Shown here: positions 18,466 through 27,120 of the stretch, piece by piece
Numbering within the stretch: position 1 is the first letter of the stretch
Layout of the letters: each line of letters starts with the position of its first letter
DNA from: a virus
Reading direction: 5' to 3' (one strand)
Length of the DNA: 50,613 bases
Virus record (IMG/VR): IMGVR_UViG_3300045993_000450
The notes under the pieces: generated by a model
What the model was told of the DNA's origin: nothing
Seen by the model: only the letters and a program-made list of their open reading frames with translations
Databases searched by the model: none
Program-made: the position numbers and the translations under genes

Positions 18466-18882
18466 ATGACGCAAATAGTTGTAAACAAGAACTCCAAAAT
18501 TGTCATTTATGCTGGTGAAAAATTCGTTTTCGACCCATATCTGATAGGGCAATCTTTTATCGATTCAAGGGTTACCGCCGACGCATACGATATTTTCACC
18601 GTCACTATTCCGAAGGTTTACGCCCCTGGGGTTTACACGTATGATAACGGGGTGTTCGCTCTTGTGGGGACCCTACCTCCAGACTTAGCCCTAATCGCTG
18701 CGGACGACGCGGCGAAGACCGAGGCTAAACTAGACCCGGTCGTGCAGTATCTTGTAACCCATACTCCTACGGAGTGCTCCGCATATGTGGCAACGAACGT
18801 CACTAATTTAGCTACGGCTGTCTCGTTGTTGCAAAAATTCGCGATCGCTCTCTGCGTTTTATCTAAGAAAGAGTTCAGGTAA
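18466..18882 (+). CDS. Hypothetical protein (tail module)
   Basis: 138-aa ORF, 2 nt after the upstream stop. Confidence 0.5.
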   Translation: MTQIVVNKNSKIVIYAGEKFVFDPYLIGQSFIDSRVTADAYDIFTVTIPKVYAPGVYTYDNGVFALVGTLPPDLALIAADDAAKTEAKLDPVVQYLVTHTPTECSAYVATNVTNLATAVSLLQKFAIALCVLSKKEFR

Positions 18883-18883
18883 C

Positions 18884-18938
18884 CCAGATCATGGGTCCTT
18901 GATTATAAACTTAACAGGGATCCCTATTAGTTTATAAT
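18884..18938 (+). promoter_or_regulatory. S-type promoter candidate (ATCATGGGTCC, GATTATAAA, TATAAT 18933..18938)
   Basis: The core ends 35 nt upstream of a perfect TATAAT. It lies in the 96-bp gap before the fibre gene block. Confidence 0.5.
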
Positions 18939-18978
18939 GTATTATTTATGGAATTTCTAGTTTTTTAAGGGGTTCACT

Positions 18979-19446
18979 ATGGCTACAGGCGATATCAAGT
19001 GGTTCCAGCAAGCTATTCTGGACCTAGGAAACAAGATTCATAATCTAAGTAGCGACGTATTGCAGTTGGGTATCGTTACATCAGCGACGGTACCTACAAT
19101 GGCTACCGCGGCACCTCATTGGGGTGGTACAGGTACTACTAACTTCGCCACTAACCAGGTAGGTACTGGCGGGGGTTATACGGGGCCTATTAACCTTGCA
19201 GGTGTGAGTTGGACCAATGTATCTGGCGTTTTAACCTTGCGCGCAACAGATCCAGTTATTCCGCAAAATGCCGCGGGTTTTGCCAACGGTGCTTACGGAA
19301 TTATCTTTAATAGTACGGACACGAGTAAACGAGCCATCGGTTATATCGAGTTAAGTTCAGCTGGTACCGTCTCTATCGTGTCTGGTAGTGTAACAGTAGA
19401 TTTTCAAGGCGCAGGTACCGACGTACTTCGTATTACTCCAGCTTAA
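18979..19446 (+). CDS. Hypothetical structural protein
   Basis: 155 aa. RBS AAGGGG. First gene after the S-type signal, upstream of the fibre-like gene. Confidence 0.5.
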   Translation: MATGDIKWFQQAILDLGNKIHNLSSDVLQLGIVTSATVPTMATAAPHWGGTGTTNFATNQVGTGGGYTGPINLAGVSWTNVSGVLTLRATDPVIPQNAAGFANGAYGIIFNSTDTSKRAIGYIELSSAGTVSIVSGSVTVDFQGAGTDVLRITPA

Positions 19447-19464
19447 ACCTAACTCAAGGATAAA

Positions 19465-21351
19465 ATGAGTATCCAACACGCCTATTCGCAGACGGTCGCA
19501 GACGGTACTGCGACTAGCGTAGTACGTCCATCAGACTGGAATAGCAATCACGTTCTAGTTCAACAGTTCGGTGGTAACACGCTTGGCACTAGCCAGATCA
19601 GTGGCCAAAATCTTGTCTGGGCTGGTGGAAACAACGTCACCCTGAGTGCCAATGGGAGTACGGTTAGCATTGTCGGTGCGGATACAACGCAGTTCTTGAC
19701 TACGGCATCGCCCGTCAATCACGCCCACAACTTCGCCACAACCACAACTAACGGTGCGAACATTGTTGTTGGCACGGCTAATAGTGCAGGGGCAACGATT
19801 GGTGTGCCGGGATTCCTGACTACAGCATCCCCTGTGACGCATATACACGGCTTTGCCACCACAACCACCAACGGCGCTGTTGCTGTAGTCGGGACGAACA
19901 ATTCAAATGGTGTGACTCTGGCAAACCCTGCTTGGATCACCACCTATGCCGCCCAGACCAATCAAACGCAAGCATCGGGCAACATCGCAGGCGTAGGGAC
20001 AACATTTGCTGGAACCAACGTCACAGCGACGATGGCGCTAAACAGTGCTGGTTTGGGTCTTAGCCTATCTGCTCCGGCTGGTGGGGGTGGAGGTGCTGGC
20101 GCAGCGGTGAGTCTGTTGGCTGGAGGAAATAGTACATCGGGCGTGGGTGGCTACTCCAACATCAGCAGCGGAACGGTGCAACTTGCGGGCGGCAACAACG
20201 TCACCTTGTCTCAAGCCGGTAACTCAATCACGATCAGCGGGGCCGATGTGGTATGGGCTTTGTCTGGCAATACGGCTGGCACTACAAGTTCTAACTTGAC
20301 TGCCAACTCGTTCATTTTCCAAGGCGGCAACAACATCACGCTGTCTGGCAGTAACAAAACCATTGTTTTCAGCGCCGCCAATCAGACTGTCGATACCAAC
20401 AAGGCTGGCATTGGTTATACCTCGACAACGCAAGGTGGGTCAACAGTAGGTATAACCCACAACACTGCTGGCTTGAGCATGGCCTGGCCCCCATTCATTA
20501 CCAATGCAGCAGGCGGCGGTGGGTTCCAAGCTGGTGTGAGTACGGATGCGGCAGGGACTACAGGCTTGGTGGCGAGTCAGATCGTGTTCTTTGAAGGCAA
20601 TACGAACATCACGCTATCGCAGTCCGTCAACGGCAACAGCGCCTCTCTATCTATCTTTGCCCCAGCCGGGGGTGGTGGCGGGGGAGCTGGGTACACAGCG
20701 TTAACCTATCAGAATCGGCAGCTTGGCGCGTCGACACAATCGTCCGCAGGCATCAACAGCGTATGGCTGTGCCCTATGCGAGTAGCGGCCCCTGTGTCGG
20801 CAAGTACACTGCTTGTGATGCAGTCAATTACAGGGACGTTAACCAGCGCGGTTGCCGCAACTGCGGCCTATACCAATGACTTCATCATTTACAAGCAGAA
20901 CAGCACTAACGCTACATTGTTTGAGTCCGTGTGGTCTACGCAAAACACGATGCAGTTCTGGAACAGCGGAACTTCCAGTGCCTCATACGGCATCAATGGG
21001 GTAACGTCTTCCAGTGCGGGTACGGCGTTGATCGCCAATAGCGTCTATGGCTTGCGCCTTTCAACCGTTGCCATTGGCTCGATCATGGACACCGGGCTGT
21101 ACGTTTACGGCCATCGCCAAAGTTCGTCAACTGCCGGGTATGCCTCGTTCGTGCGTACAGGCGGAATGATCTACGACAACCCACTGCCAGCAGCCAAAGG
21201 GTATTTCGGTGCTGCCACAGCGACAAGCGTTGGCTACAACGATGGCGGCATTTACTCGGTTACCTCAGCCTCACCCCCGGCAACACTAGCCTTGTCTCAG
21301 ATTTGGCAAATGTCAGATGTGATGCCTTACGTTAAAATCGGAGCACTGTGA
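19465..21351 (+). CDS. Tail fibre-like repeat protein
   Basis: 628 aa. Recurring GGNN(V/I)TLS motifs, a 40-aa tandem duplication and three poly-Gly runs (PAGGGGGAG, AAGGGG, PAGGGGGGAG). Confidence 0.6.
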   Translation: MSIQHAYSQTVADGTATSVVRPSDWNSNHVLVQQFGGNTLGTSQISGQNLVWAGGNNVTLSANGSTVSIVGADTTQFLTTASPVNHAHNFATTTTNGANIVVGTANSAGATIGVPGFLTTASPVTHIHGFATTTTNGAVAVVGTNNSNGVTLANPAWITTYAAQTNQTQASGNIAGVGTTFAGTNVTATMALNSAGLGLSLSAPAGGGGGAGAAVSLLAGGNSTSGVGGYSNISSGTVQLAGGNNVTLSQAGNSITISGADVVWALSGNTAGTTSSNLTANSFIFQGGNNITLSGSNKTIVFSAANQTVDTNKAGIGYTSTTQGGSTVGITHNTAGLSMAWPPFITNAAGGGGFQAGVSTDAAGTTGLVASQIVFFEGNTNITLSQSVNGNSASLSIFAPAGGGGGGAGYTALTYQNRQLGASTQSSAGINSVWLCPMRVAAPVSASTLLVMQSITGTLTSAVAATAAYTNDFIIYKQNSTNATLFESVWSTQNTMQFWNSGTSSASYGINGVTSSSAGTALIANSVYGLRLSTVAIGSIMDTGLYVYGHRQSSSTAGYASFVRTGGMIYDNPLPAAKGYFGAATATSVGYNDGGIYSVTSASPPATLALSQIWQMSDVMPYVKIGAL

Positions 21352-21512
21352 TGGAACCGCAATACGATCAAGGAACGTACATCGAGTCACAGGGTATTGG
21401 TTATTGGGGTGTGCAAGACCTCGGCAATGGCTGGTGGCTAGGTGCAAGGGTTGACGGAGCAAATCAGGTTTACTTGATAAAGGTAGATGACGGATTCCCA
21501 GCAGTTGTTTAA
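21351..21512 (+). CDS. Small hypothetical protein (53 aa, below the ORF-track cutoff)
   Basis: The ATG shares a base with the upstream TGA stop. Translates as MEPQYDQGTYIESQGIGYWGVQDLGNGWWLGARVDGANQVYLIKVDDGFPAVV. Confidence 0.35.
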   Translation: MEPQYDQGTYIESQGIGYWGVQDLGNGWWLGARVDGANQVYLIKVDDGFPAVV

Positions 21513-21535
21513 GATTTAACTGGAAAACCCCACTG

Positions 21536-22258
21536 ATGCAACCGCAAATTATTTCAAGTTTTCAGCCTGGCGAACATTGTGCTGATCTAAATAGAACAGT
21601 TACCCGCTTAAAGAAAGAGGCGGGGTACAAAGATCTGTCCTGCATTTGGGTTACACCTGCGTTTGGTCAGATTCCCACCAAGACCGTTGCAAGCTGGCTC
21701 AATGTGTTTACACCGCCCAATGGGAAGTTCGTTAGGCTGTTCGCGGTAGGTATGGAAGTTGGTGAGGCATTCAGCACCACGATCAAAAACATAGTTGATC
21801 ATCCTGAATTGTCTAAATTCAAGTACATCATTACCGTCGAACATGATAACCTGCCCCCTCCTGACGGCATCGTGAGATTACTGTCGCGGATGGAGGCCAA
21901 CCCTGAGTACGCTTGTATTGGGGGTTTGTACTTCACCAAAGGCCCAGGCGGTGCCGCACAAATCTGGGGCGATGTGAAAGACCCTGTGTTGAACTTTCGA
22001 CCTCAGTTACCGGACCCCAATGGGGGTCTAGTTGAATGCTGTGGTACTGGTATGGGATTCAATGCATGGCGTGTTGATATGTTCAAAGACCCAAAGATCG
22101 CACGTCCCTGGTTCCGCACAAAGGCTAGCGCCTCCGAAGGTGTAGGTACACAGGACTTGGCTTTCTGGTCAGAAGCTCGTAAGCACGGTTATCGCTGTGC
22201 TGTCGACTGTTCAGTGAAGGTGGGTCACTATGATCTCGCCGCTGATTTTGTTTGGTAG
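21536..22258 (+). CDS. Glycosyltransferase (GT-A/GT2-like, putative)
   Basis: 240 aa. IITVEHDN (DxD-like) and GTQDLAFWSEARKHGY, reminiscent of the GEDxxFCxRAxxxG motif of GT2 enzymes. Motif-level evidence only. Confidence 0.5.
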   Translation: MQPQIISSFQPGEHCADLNRTVTRLKKEAGYKDLSCIWVTPAFGQIPTKTVASWLNVFTPPNGKFVRLFAVGMEVGEAFSTTIKNIVDHPELSKFKYIITVEHDNLPPPDGIVRLLSRMEANPEYACIGGLYFTKGPGGAAQIWGDVKDPVLNFRPQLPDPNGGLVECCGTGMGFNAWRVDMFKDPKIARPWFRTKASASEGVGTQDLAFWSEARKHGYRCAVDCSVKVGHYDLAADFVW

Positions 22259-22842
22259 AAAGAAACATGGCGACTAACAAAAAGCTGAAACTCGTCCCGG
22301 TAGTTGCGCCTACCAAGCTCGATCTTGGCTGCGGTTCAAAGAAACGTGAGGGTTTTCATGGTGTCGATCAGTACGCGATGGACGGGGTTGATACGGTCCT
22401 TAAAATCGGCACTGCTTCATGGCCGTTTGAGGATTCCTCTATTGAAGAGGCGTACAGTTCTCATTTTGTGGAGCATCTTACGGCACAAGAGCGCATTCAC
22501 TTTTTCAATGAGTTGCATCGTGTGCTCAAGCCAGGGGGCAAGGCTACCATCGTTACCCCTCATTGGGCTAGCAACCGTGCCTACGGTGACCCGACGCACC
22601 AATGGCCGCCTATTTCGGAGATGAGTTTCTACTACCTGTCACGTGAGTGGAGGGAGACCCAAGCTCCTCATACTGATATTAAGTGGAACAAGGACGGGTT
22701 TAGTTGCCATTTTAGCGCAACATGGGGTTATAGTTTTTCCCCTGAGTTGGCCGCACGCAACCAAGAGTACGTGCAGTTTGCTTTGGCGAACTACAAAGAC
22801 GCGGCCCAAGACTTACACGCTACACTTGTCAAAGTGGAGTAA
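22252..22842 (+). CDS. Class I SAM-dependent methyltransferase
   Basis: 196 aa. Motif I LDLGCGSKKREGFHGVD and the LKPGGKATIV motif. Confidence 0.75.
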   Translation: MVERNMATNKKLKLVPVVAPTKLDLGCGSKKREGFHGVDQYAMDGVDTVLKIGTASWPFEDSSIEEAYSSHFVEHLTAQERIHFFNELHRVLKPGGKATIVTPHWASNRAYGDPTHQWPPISEMSFYYLSREWRETQAPHTDIKWNKDGFSCHFSATWGYSFSPELAARNQEYVQFALANYKDAAQDLHATLVKVE

Positions 22843-22845
22843 GTC

Positions 22846-24243
22846 GTGGCTGGATCGTTTCAACTTGATGCGTTCCAGCAAACTGCGTTTGATACAGGAG
22901 TAATCGCCGCCACGGGCGACGGGTTTCAATCGGGGGCCTTCCAAACAAGCGCCTTCCAGACAACAGATCCTGTCTCTAGCGGTCTGACTATTACGGCGAA
23001 TATAGGTAATGCGCAAGCCTCGGGCGTCCCTATCGCGTTACCTAATACGATTGCTGGGGTTGTAGGCGCTTCTTCCGCTGTCGGTGTTCCTGCAGTATTA
23101 CCTACATCAGTCGTACTAAGTGTAGGTAATTCCTCCGCGACGGGCGTGGTAGCGACTATCTCTGTGGTAGGCGTAACAGTCATCTCGTGCTCTGTTGGTA
23201 ATGCCACTGCGTCAGGTACTCCTGAATTCAGTAATACCAGTATCAATGTCGGTCCAGCATCGTCCGTCGCAACTGGTATCGTCGCCACATTGCCTATCAG
23301 TATTGTAGGGACCTTAAGTAGTTGCGCTGCTACTGGCGCAGCCTCCCTATTGTCTAGGACTGTAAGTACAGGTATCGGTCAGGCCTCGGCTATAGGTGTA
23401 ACAGCTCTTACAAATAACTCGATAACCTGTTCCGTAGGGTCCGCTGGCGCATCTGGCATACAGACTAGTGTCTCATCTAGCATTGTCTCTAATAGTGGAA
23501 ACGCAACCGCTGTCAACCCTACAGTTCTCATAAACAGGAGTGTTTCTGGGTTAACTGGCGAAGCTAGTGCTGTAGGTGTACACGCACTGAATTCAGTTTC
23601 CGTACAGGTAGGTCCTGCTAATGCGTCTGCGGTCGGGGTAGTATCCGCAGTCACGGTGCCTGGCAATGCTGTTATCATATGCTCAGTGGGTAACGCCACT
23701 GCCACGGGTGTACCAGAAGTAAGCAATAAAATACTAGCCGCTACACCTGGAAATGCCACATCTGTAGGCGTGACAACCGCGCTGCCCATATCCATACTTG
23801 GATCCGTAGGGTTGTCTAGCGCTCAAGGTATAAGTAGTCTATTACATATCACGTTTAAGACTTCTGTAGCTAGTGCCAATGCGATAAATCCGTCGTCTCT
23901 TGTAACACTAAGTCAGATTGTATTCGCTAGTGTAGGCAATTCTAGTGCTTATGGATTAGTGGCCCAGTTACATAGGATTTTCGGGGTTTCCGTAGGCAAT
24001 GCAATAGCTGAAGGGGTGCAGGTAAACACCAGCGGGTTGGTAGGGGTTTGGCGGGATATATCGGATATAGTGATTAGAGACGAGTCTCTACAAGCACTTT
24101 TAACCGACGGTTTTTTACAGGCCGCATTAAACGATTCATCGTTACATGGCGTATTTAATGACTCTTATTTGGCTGCCTCATTCATCACTAATCTATTGTC
24201 TACAGTAATCGTAGATGATTCGAAAACCGTCACTACAAATTAG
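22846..24243 (+). CDS. Repeat protein (numerous degenerate repeats of about 17-20 aa, VGNA(S/T)AxGV), fibre or decoration candidate
   Basis: 465 aa, GTG start. Repeats such as SVGNSSATGV, SVGNATASGT, VGPASSVATGI, SVGNATATGV. Confidence 0.55.
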   Translation: MAGSFQLDAFQQTAFDTGVIAATGDGFQSGAFQTSAFQTTDPVSSGLTITANIGNAQASGVPIALPNTIAGVVGASSAVGVPAVLPTSVVLSVGNSSATGVVATISVVGVTVISCSVGNATASGTPEFSNTSINVGPASSVATGIVATLPISIVGTLSSCAATGAASLLSRTVSTGIGQASAIGVTALTNNSITCSVGSAGASGIQTSVSSSIVSNSGNATAVNPTVLINRSVSGLTGEASAVGVHALNSVSVQVGPANASAVGVVSAVTVPGNAVIICSVGNATATGVPEVSNKILAATPGNATSVGVTTALPISILGSVGLSSAQGISSLLHITFKTSVASANAINPSSLVTLSQIVFASVGNSSAYGLVAQLHRIFGVSVGNAIAEGVQVNTSGLVGVWRDISDIVIRDESLQALLTDGFLQAALNDSSLHGVFNDSYLAASFITNLLSTVIVDDSKTVTTN

Positions 24244-24251
24244 GAGAAACT

Positions 24252-24587
24252 ATGTCGAATTTGACCCGTTATAGAGGTGATACTAGGGCTGATATAATCA
24301 CAGTAACTCGCAAGTCTACCGGGGTGGCTGTAGATATTACAGGCGGATCATTCAAACTCACAGTGGATCCTGAACAAAACCCTACTACAAGCACTAGTAA
24401 CTTGTTTGCGTTATCTGGGGTTATCATAGATGCTCTTGTGGGTACGGTGGCTTTTTCACCATCTACTCTGCAAGCAGATCAACTACCTGGGGCTTATTTT
24501 TATGATATTCAGTATACAGATTCCGCAGGACTCATTGAGACGATTGCCAAAGGTAAATACGTTTTTCTCCAGGATATTTCCAAATAA
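24252..24587 (+). CDS. Hypothetical protein (small beta-rich, structural?)
   Basis: 111 aa. RBS AGGAGAAACTATG. YRGDT...ITGGSFKLTV pattern. Confidence 0.5.
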   Translation: MSNLTRYRGDTRADIITVTRKSTGVAVDITGGSFKLTVDPEQNPTTSTSNLFALSGVIIDALVGTVAFSPSTLQADQLPGAYFYDIQYTDSAGLIETIAKGKYVFLQDISK

Positions 24588-24976
24588 TGCACCAAGACAT
24601 AAACACCGACTCGGATTTCATTCGTCTTGACTTTGATGTGACACAGCAAGACGTTCGTAAGACCGACAAGCAGATCGTTGACCTGATCAAGGAAATGTTT
24701 GTCGAGTTGCGTCAGATACGGGATGATTCCAAGCAAATGCGCCAAGACCTGCACCTGCATATTCAGGATGAGAAGTCTATAATCCAACATGCTTTTCCAG
24801 ATGGGGACGCAGAGGGCCATCGTAGGGCACACGATGCGTGGATAAAACGGGCTGAGAGTCAAGCTAAGTTTTGGGAGACTCTCTATACCACTTTACGCAT
24901 TGGCGGAATCCTATCTGTAGTAAGCTTCCTATTGCTTGCTGGCTGGATAGCGTTTTTGAAGGGACCACCAAAATGA
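24587..24976 (+). CDS. Membrane-anchored protein adjacent to the endolysin (lysis-associated candidate)
   Basis: 129 aa with a single C-terminal hydrophobic segment (GGILSVVSFLLLAGWIAFL). ATGA overlap with the endolysin start. Confidence 0.4.
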   Translation: MHQDINTDSDFIRLDFDVTQQDVRKTDKQIVDLIKEMFVELRQIRDDSKQMRQDLHLHIQDEKSIIQHAFPDGDAEGHRRAHDAWIKRAESQAKFWETLYTTLRIGGILSVVSFLLLAGWIAFLKGPPK

Positions 24977-25431
24977 TGATCTCCCAACACTTCAGTCTTG
25001 CCGAACTCACGGTTAGCCAGAGCGCAGATCGGGCGGGTATTTCCAATGACCCGGATGACATGGCAATAGCCAATTTGACCGTACTGTGCCACGGGCTTGA
25101 GATGATTCGCTCACTGGTGGGTCTGCCCATCCATATCAGCAGTGGGTACAGAAGTCCTGTGGTGAACAAACTGGTAGGGGGCGCGGTTAATAGCCAGCAC
25201 ATGAGTGGAAGCGCTGCAGACATTACTTGTCCGCAGTATGGGGATCCCAAGAATTTGATGAAAGCGATTATGGCAGCAAAACTGCCGTTTGATCAATGCA
25301 TCCTTGAATACTACCAACCACCGACATGGAACGCTCCGGCAAGGGGTTGGGTACACGTGAGTTTTGTTCGTAGTGGGGAGCGCCAGCAAGCCCTGATTGT
25401 GGACACCCAAGGGACACAGGTATTCGCATGA
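24973..25431 (+). CDS. Endolysin, peptidase M15A family
   Basis: MMISQHFSLAELT...SGYRSPVVN...SQHMSGSAADI...WVHVS motifs. Start placed at ATG 24973 (ATGA overlap) rather than the ORF-track ATG at 24871. Confidence 0.8.
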   Translation: MMISQHFSLAELTVSQSADRAGISNDPDDMAIANLTVLCHGLEMIRSLVGLPIHISSGYRSPVVNKLVGGAVNSQHMSGSAADITCPQYGDPKNLMKAIMAAKLPFDQCILEYYQPPTWNAPARGWVHVSFVRSGERQQALIVDTQGTQVFA

Positions 25432-25646
25432 ATTTCTCGGAAGTAAAGATAGATGACCCACGATGGACCGACAGGGAAAGGCTTGTGTTCGATCACCTTT
25501 TCCGTACCCGTCAGCGGTATGTTGATGAGAACCGAAGGCTTGAAGCCCACGGAATGTCTAAAGCTATATTCGTCATGGCGAACGTGTTGGAAGCTCATAT
25601 TAACGCTCAGGTCACAGCCTCTGATCTTTTCGGAACTCAGATATGA
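25428..25646 (+). CDS. Hypothetical protein
   Basis: 72 aa, with 4-nt overlaps at both ends. Confidence 0.5.
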   Translation: MNFSEVKIDDPRWTDRERLVFDHLFRTRQRYVDENRRLEAHGMSKAIFVMANVLEAHINAQVTASDLFGTQI

Positions 25647-25831
25647 CATACCACTTTGAGAAACCTAATATCACCCCGCACACTCTGCAGGAGCAGATAA
25701 AGGCGTGCCTCGATATGCTGAACATGCGGCAGAAAATTGAGTGGGCTGACACGGAAAAAATAGTGGATGAAGCGACGGCGTTTGATGAGTTAGTGGAAGT
25801 CAGTAAACAGGAACCGAAACGAGGTGCATGA
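25643..25831 (+). CDS. Hypothetical protein
   Basis: 62 aa, translationally coupled on both sides. Confidence 0.45.
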   Translation: MTYHFEKPNITPHTLQEQIKACLDMLNMRQKIEWADTEKIVDEATAFDELVEVSKQEPKRGA

Positions 25832-26424
25832 TGGATTTTGATTGGAAGAAAACGCTACCCTTTATTGGTGCTCTTGCCACTGGTGGGGTTCCGGCATTAG
25901 TAGCTGCGGCGGCAGGTGCACTGGGCGACGCACTCGGTACGCCTGTTGATCCAACGCAGTCAGGTATCGACACGGCCATGAAGAATGCCACGCCTGAGCA
26001 AATGGCTGCACTCAAACAGATTGACGCCGACCTCAAGACAAAGATGCGGGCGTTTGACGTGCAGGAAAAACAGATTGATGCCGCTACCGAGCAAGCCTAC
26101 ATTACTGACGTTGACTCTGCCCGGCACGCCCACGCGCAGAACATGGGAGTGCTACGGCTTGGGTATTTCATCAATGCTGCGTCATATGTCTGCATATTCG
26201 CGGTACTGTATGGCTGCTTCACAGTGCTGTCTAACGCTGGGAAGATCACTATTGACCCGGGCATTGCGGCGATGATCGGTGGAGTGCTTGGTGCTGTAGT
26301 GCAGTGGCTGATCTCCAACTCGTCCCAAGCTAATGGCTTTTTCTTTGGATCTAGCCCTGGCTCACGCGACCTGTCTGCAAAACTAGGTAATGCAGTGGGT
26401 ACCGCTATCTCTTCTAACAAGTGA
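25828..26424 (+). CDS. Holin-like membrane protein (3-TM, GTA-type holin resemblance)
   Basis: 198 aa. An N-terminal and two C-terminal hydrophobic segments with a central DVDSARHAH region. Last gene of the + strand block. The family assignment is from memory. Confidence 0.45.
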   Translation: MMDFDWKKTLPFIGALATGGVPALVAAAAGALGDALGTPVDPTQSGIDTAMKNATPEQMAALKQIDADLKTKMRAFDVQEKQIDAATEQAYITDVDSARHAHAQNMGVLRLGYFINAASYVCIFAVLYGCFTVLSNAGKITIDPGIAAMIGGVLGAVVQWLISNSSQANGFFFGSSPGSRDLSAKLGNAVGTAISSNK

Positions 26425-26491
26425 GGCTATATGGCTTGCAAAAAGAAATCTGGTAAGAAACCACCTAAAAAGTAGTCTCAACTGTTAAAAG

Positions 26492-26594
26492 TAGCGCTCT
26501 GGATTGCGCTCTGATCAGTTAGTAAAGTAGCTACCAATAGCAATACCAAGGCTAGCATTTTATAAACTGATCCAGAGCGCAAGGTCAGAGCGCT
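26492..26594 (+). repeat. E element copy E2, at the convergence of the + and - strand gene blocks
   Basis: Arms AGCGCTCTGGATTGCGCTCTGATCAGTT / AACTGATCCAGAGCGCAAGGTCAGAGCGCT are near-perfect inverted repeats. The core is GCTACCAATAGCAATACCAAGGCTA. The element overlaps the stop codon of 26593..27120. Confidence 0.9.
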
Positions 26595-27120
26595 ATTTGA
26601 GGTTCAGAGCGTAAACTCTGTTAATCTCCTTCAAGACTCCCATCTGATACATAGCATCGTCTAAAGCGTTGTGATGGGTGCCAATACGGGGCACTGAAAC
26701 CTTAAACAGGTTCTTCATTGTCCTGAAACAGCTGTTCTTGTAGTACCTCCATGGCAAGGGTTCTTTTATAGCCTTGTAGGCGTTGGCCATCAAGACATTA
26801 TCAAAGTCTGCGCCATTGCCCCAAATACCTACTGGGTCGTGTTCTTTGATCCAAGCTGCAAACAAGTGCAGTGATGTCTTCAAGTCATGTCCCTTGGTCT
26901 TAAATATCTCACGAGCCTGTTCACTCTGCTGCAACCACCACACGACTGTTTCCGGTGTCATAGCCAAACCTGCATCGACGCAACTACGAGCATCGACCGT
27001 TGTGTACCAGGTCTCATGGAAATCTGGTTTCTCAAAGTCAAAAACCACCGCGCCGATCGCCACGATGACCGCATTAGCATCTGTGCCAAGGGTCTCTAAA
27101 TCCATCATCACGTGTTTCAT
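26593..27120 (-). CDS. 3'-5' exonuclease (DEDDh/DnaQ-like)
   Basis: 175 aa. MMDLETLG (DxE), WGNGADFD and HHNALDDAMYQ motifs. Confidence 0.8.
   Translation of the reverse strand: MKHVMMDLETLGTDANAVIVAIGAVVFDFEKPDFHETWYTTVDARSCVDAGLAMTPETVVWWLQQSEQAREIFKTKGHDLKTSLHLFAAWIKEHDPVGIWGNGADFDNVLMANAYKAIKEPLPWRYYKNSCFRTMKNLFKVSVPRIGTHHNALDDAMYQMGVLKEINRVYALNLK

Noticed and set aside
24871-24972. Longer N-terminal extension of the endolysin ORF (track start 24871)
   Set aside because: The extension lies entirely inside the upstream gene 24587..24976. The peptidase M15 homology begins at MMISQHFSLAEL, and ATG 24973 forms the ATGA stop/start overlap typical of this genome.
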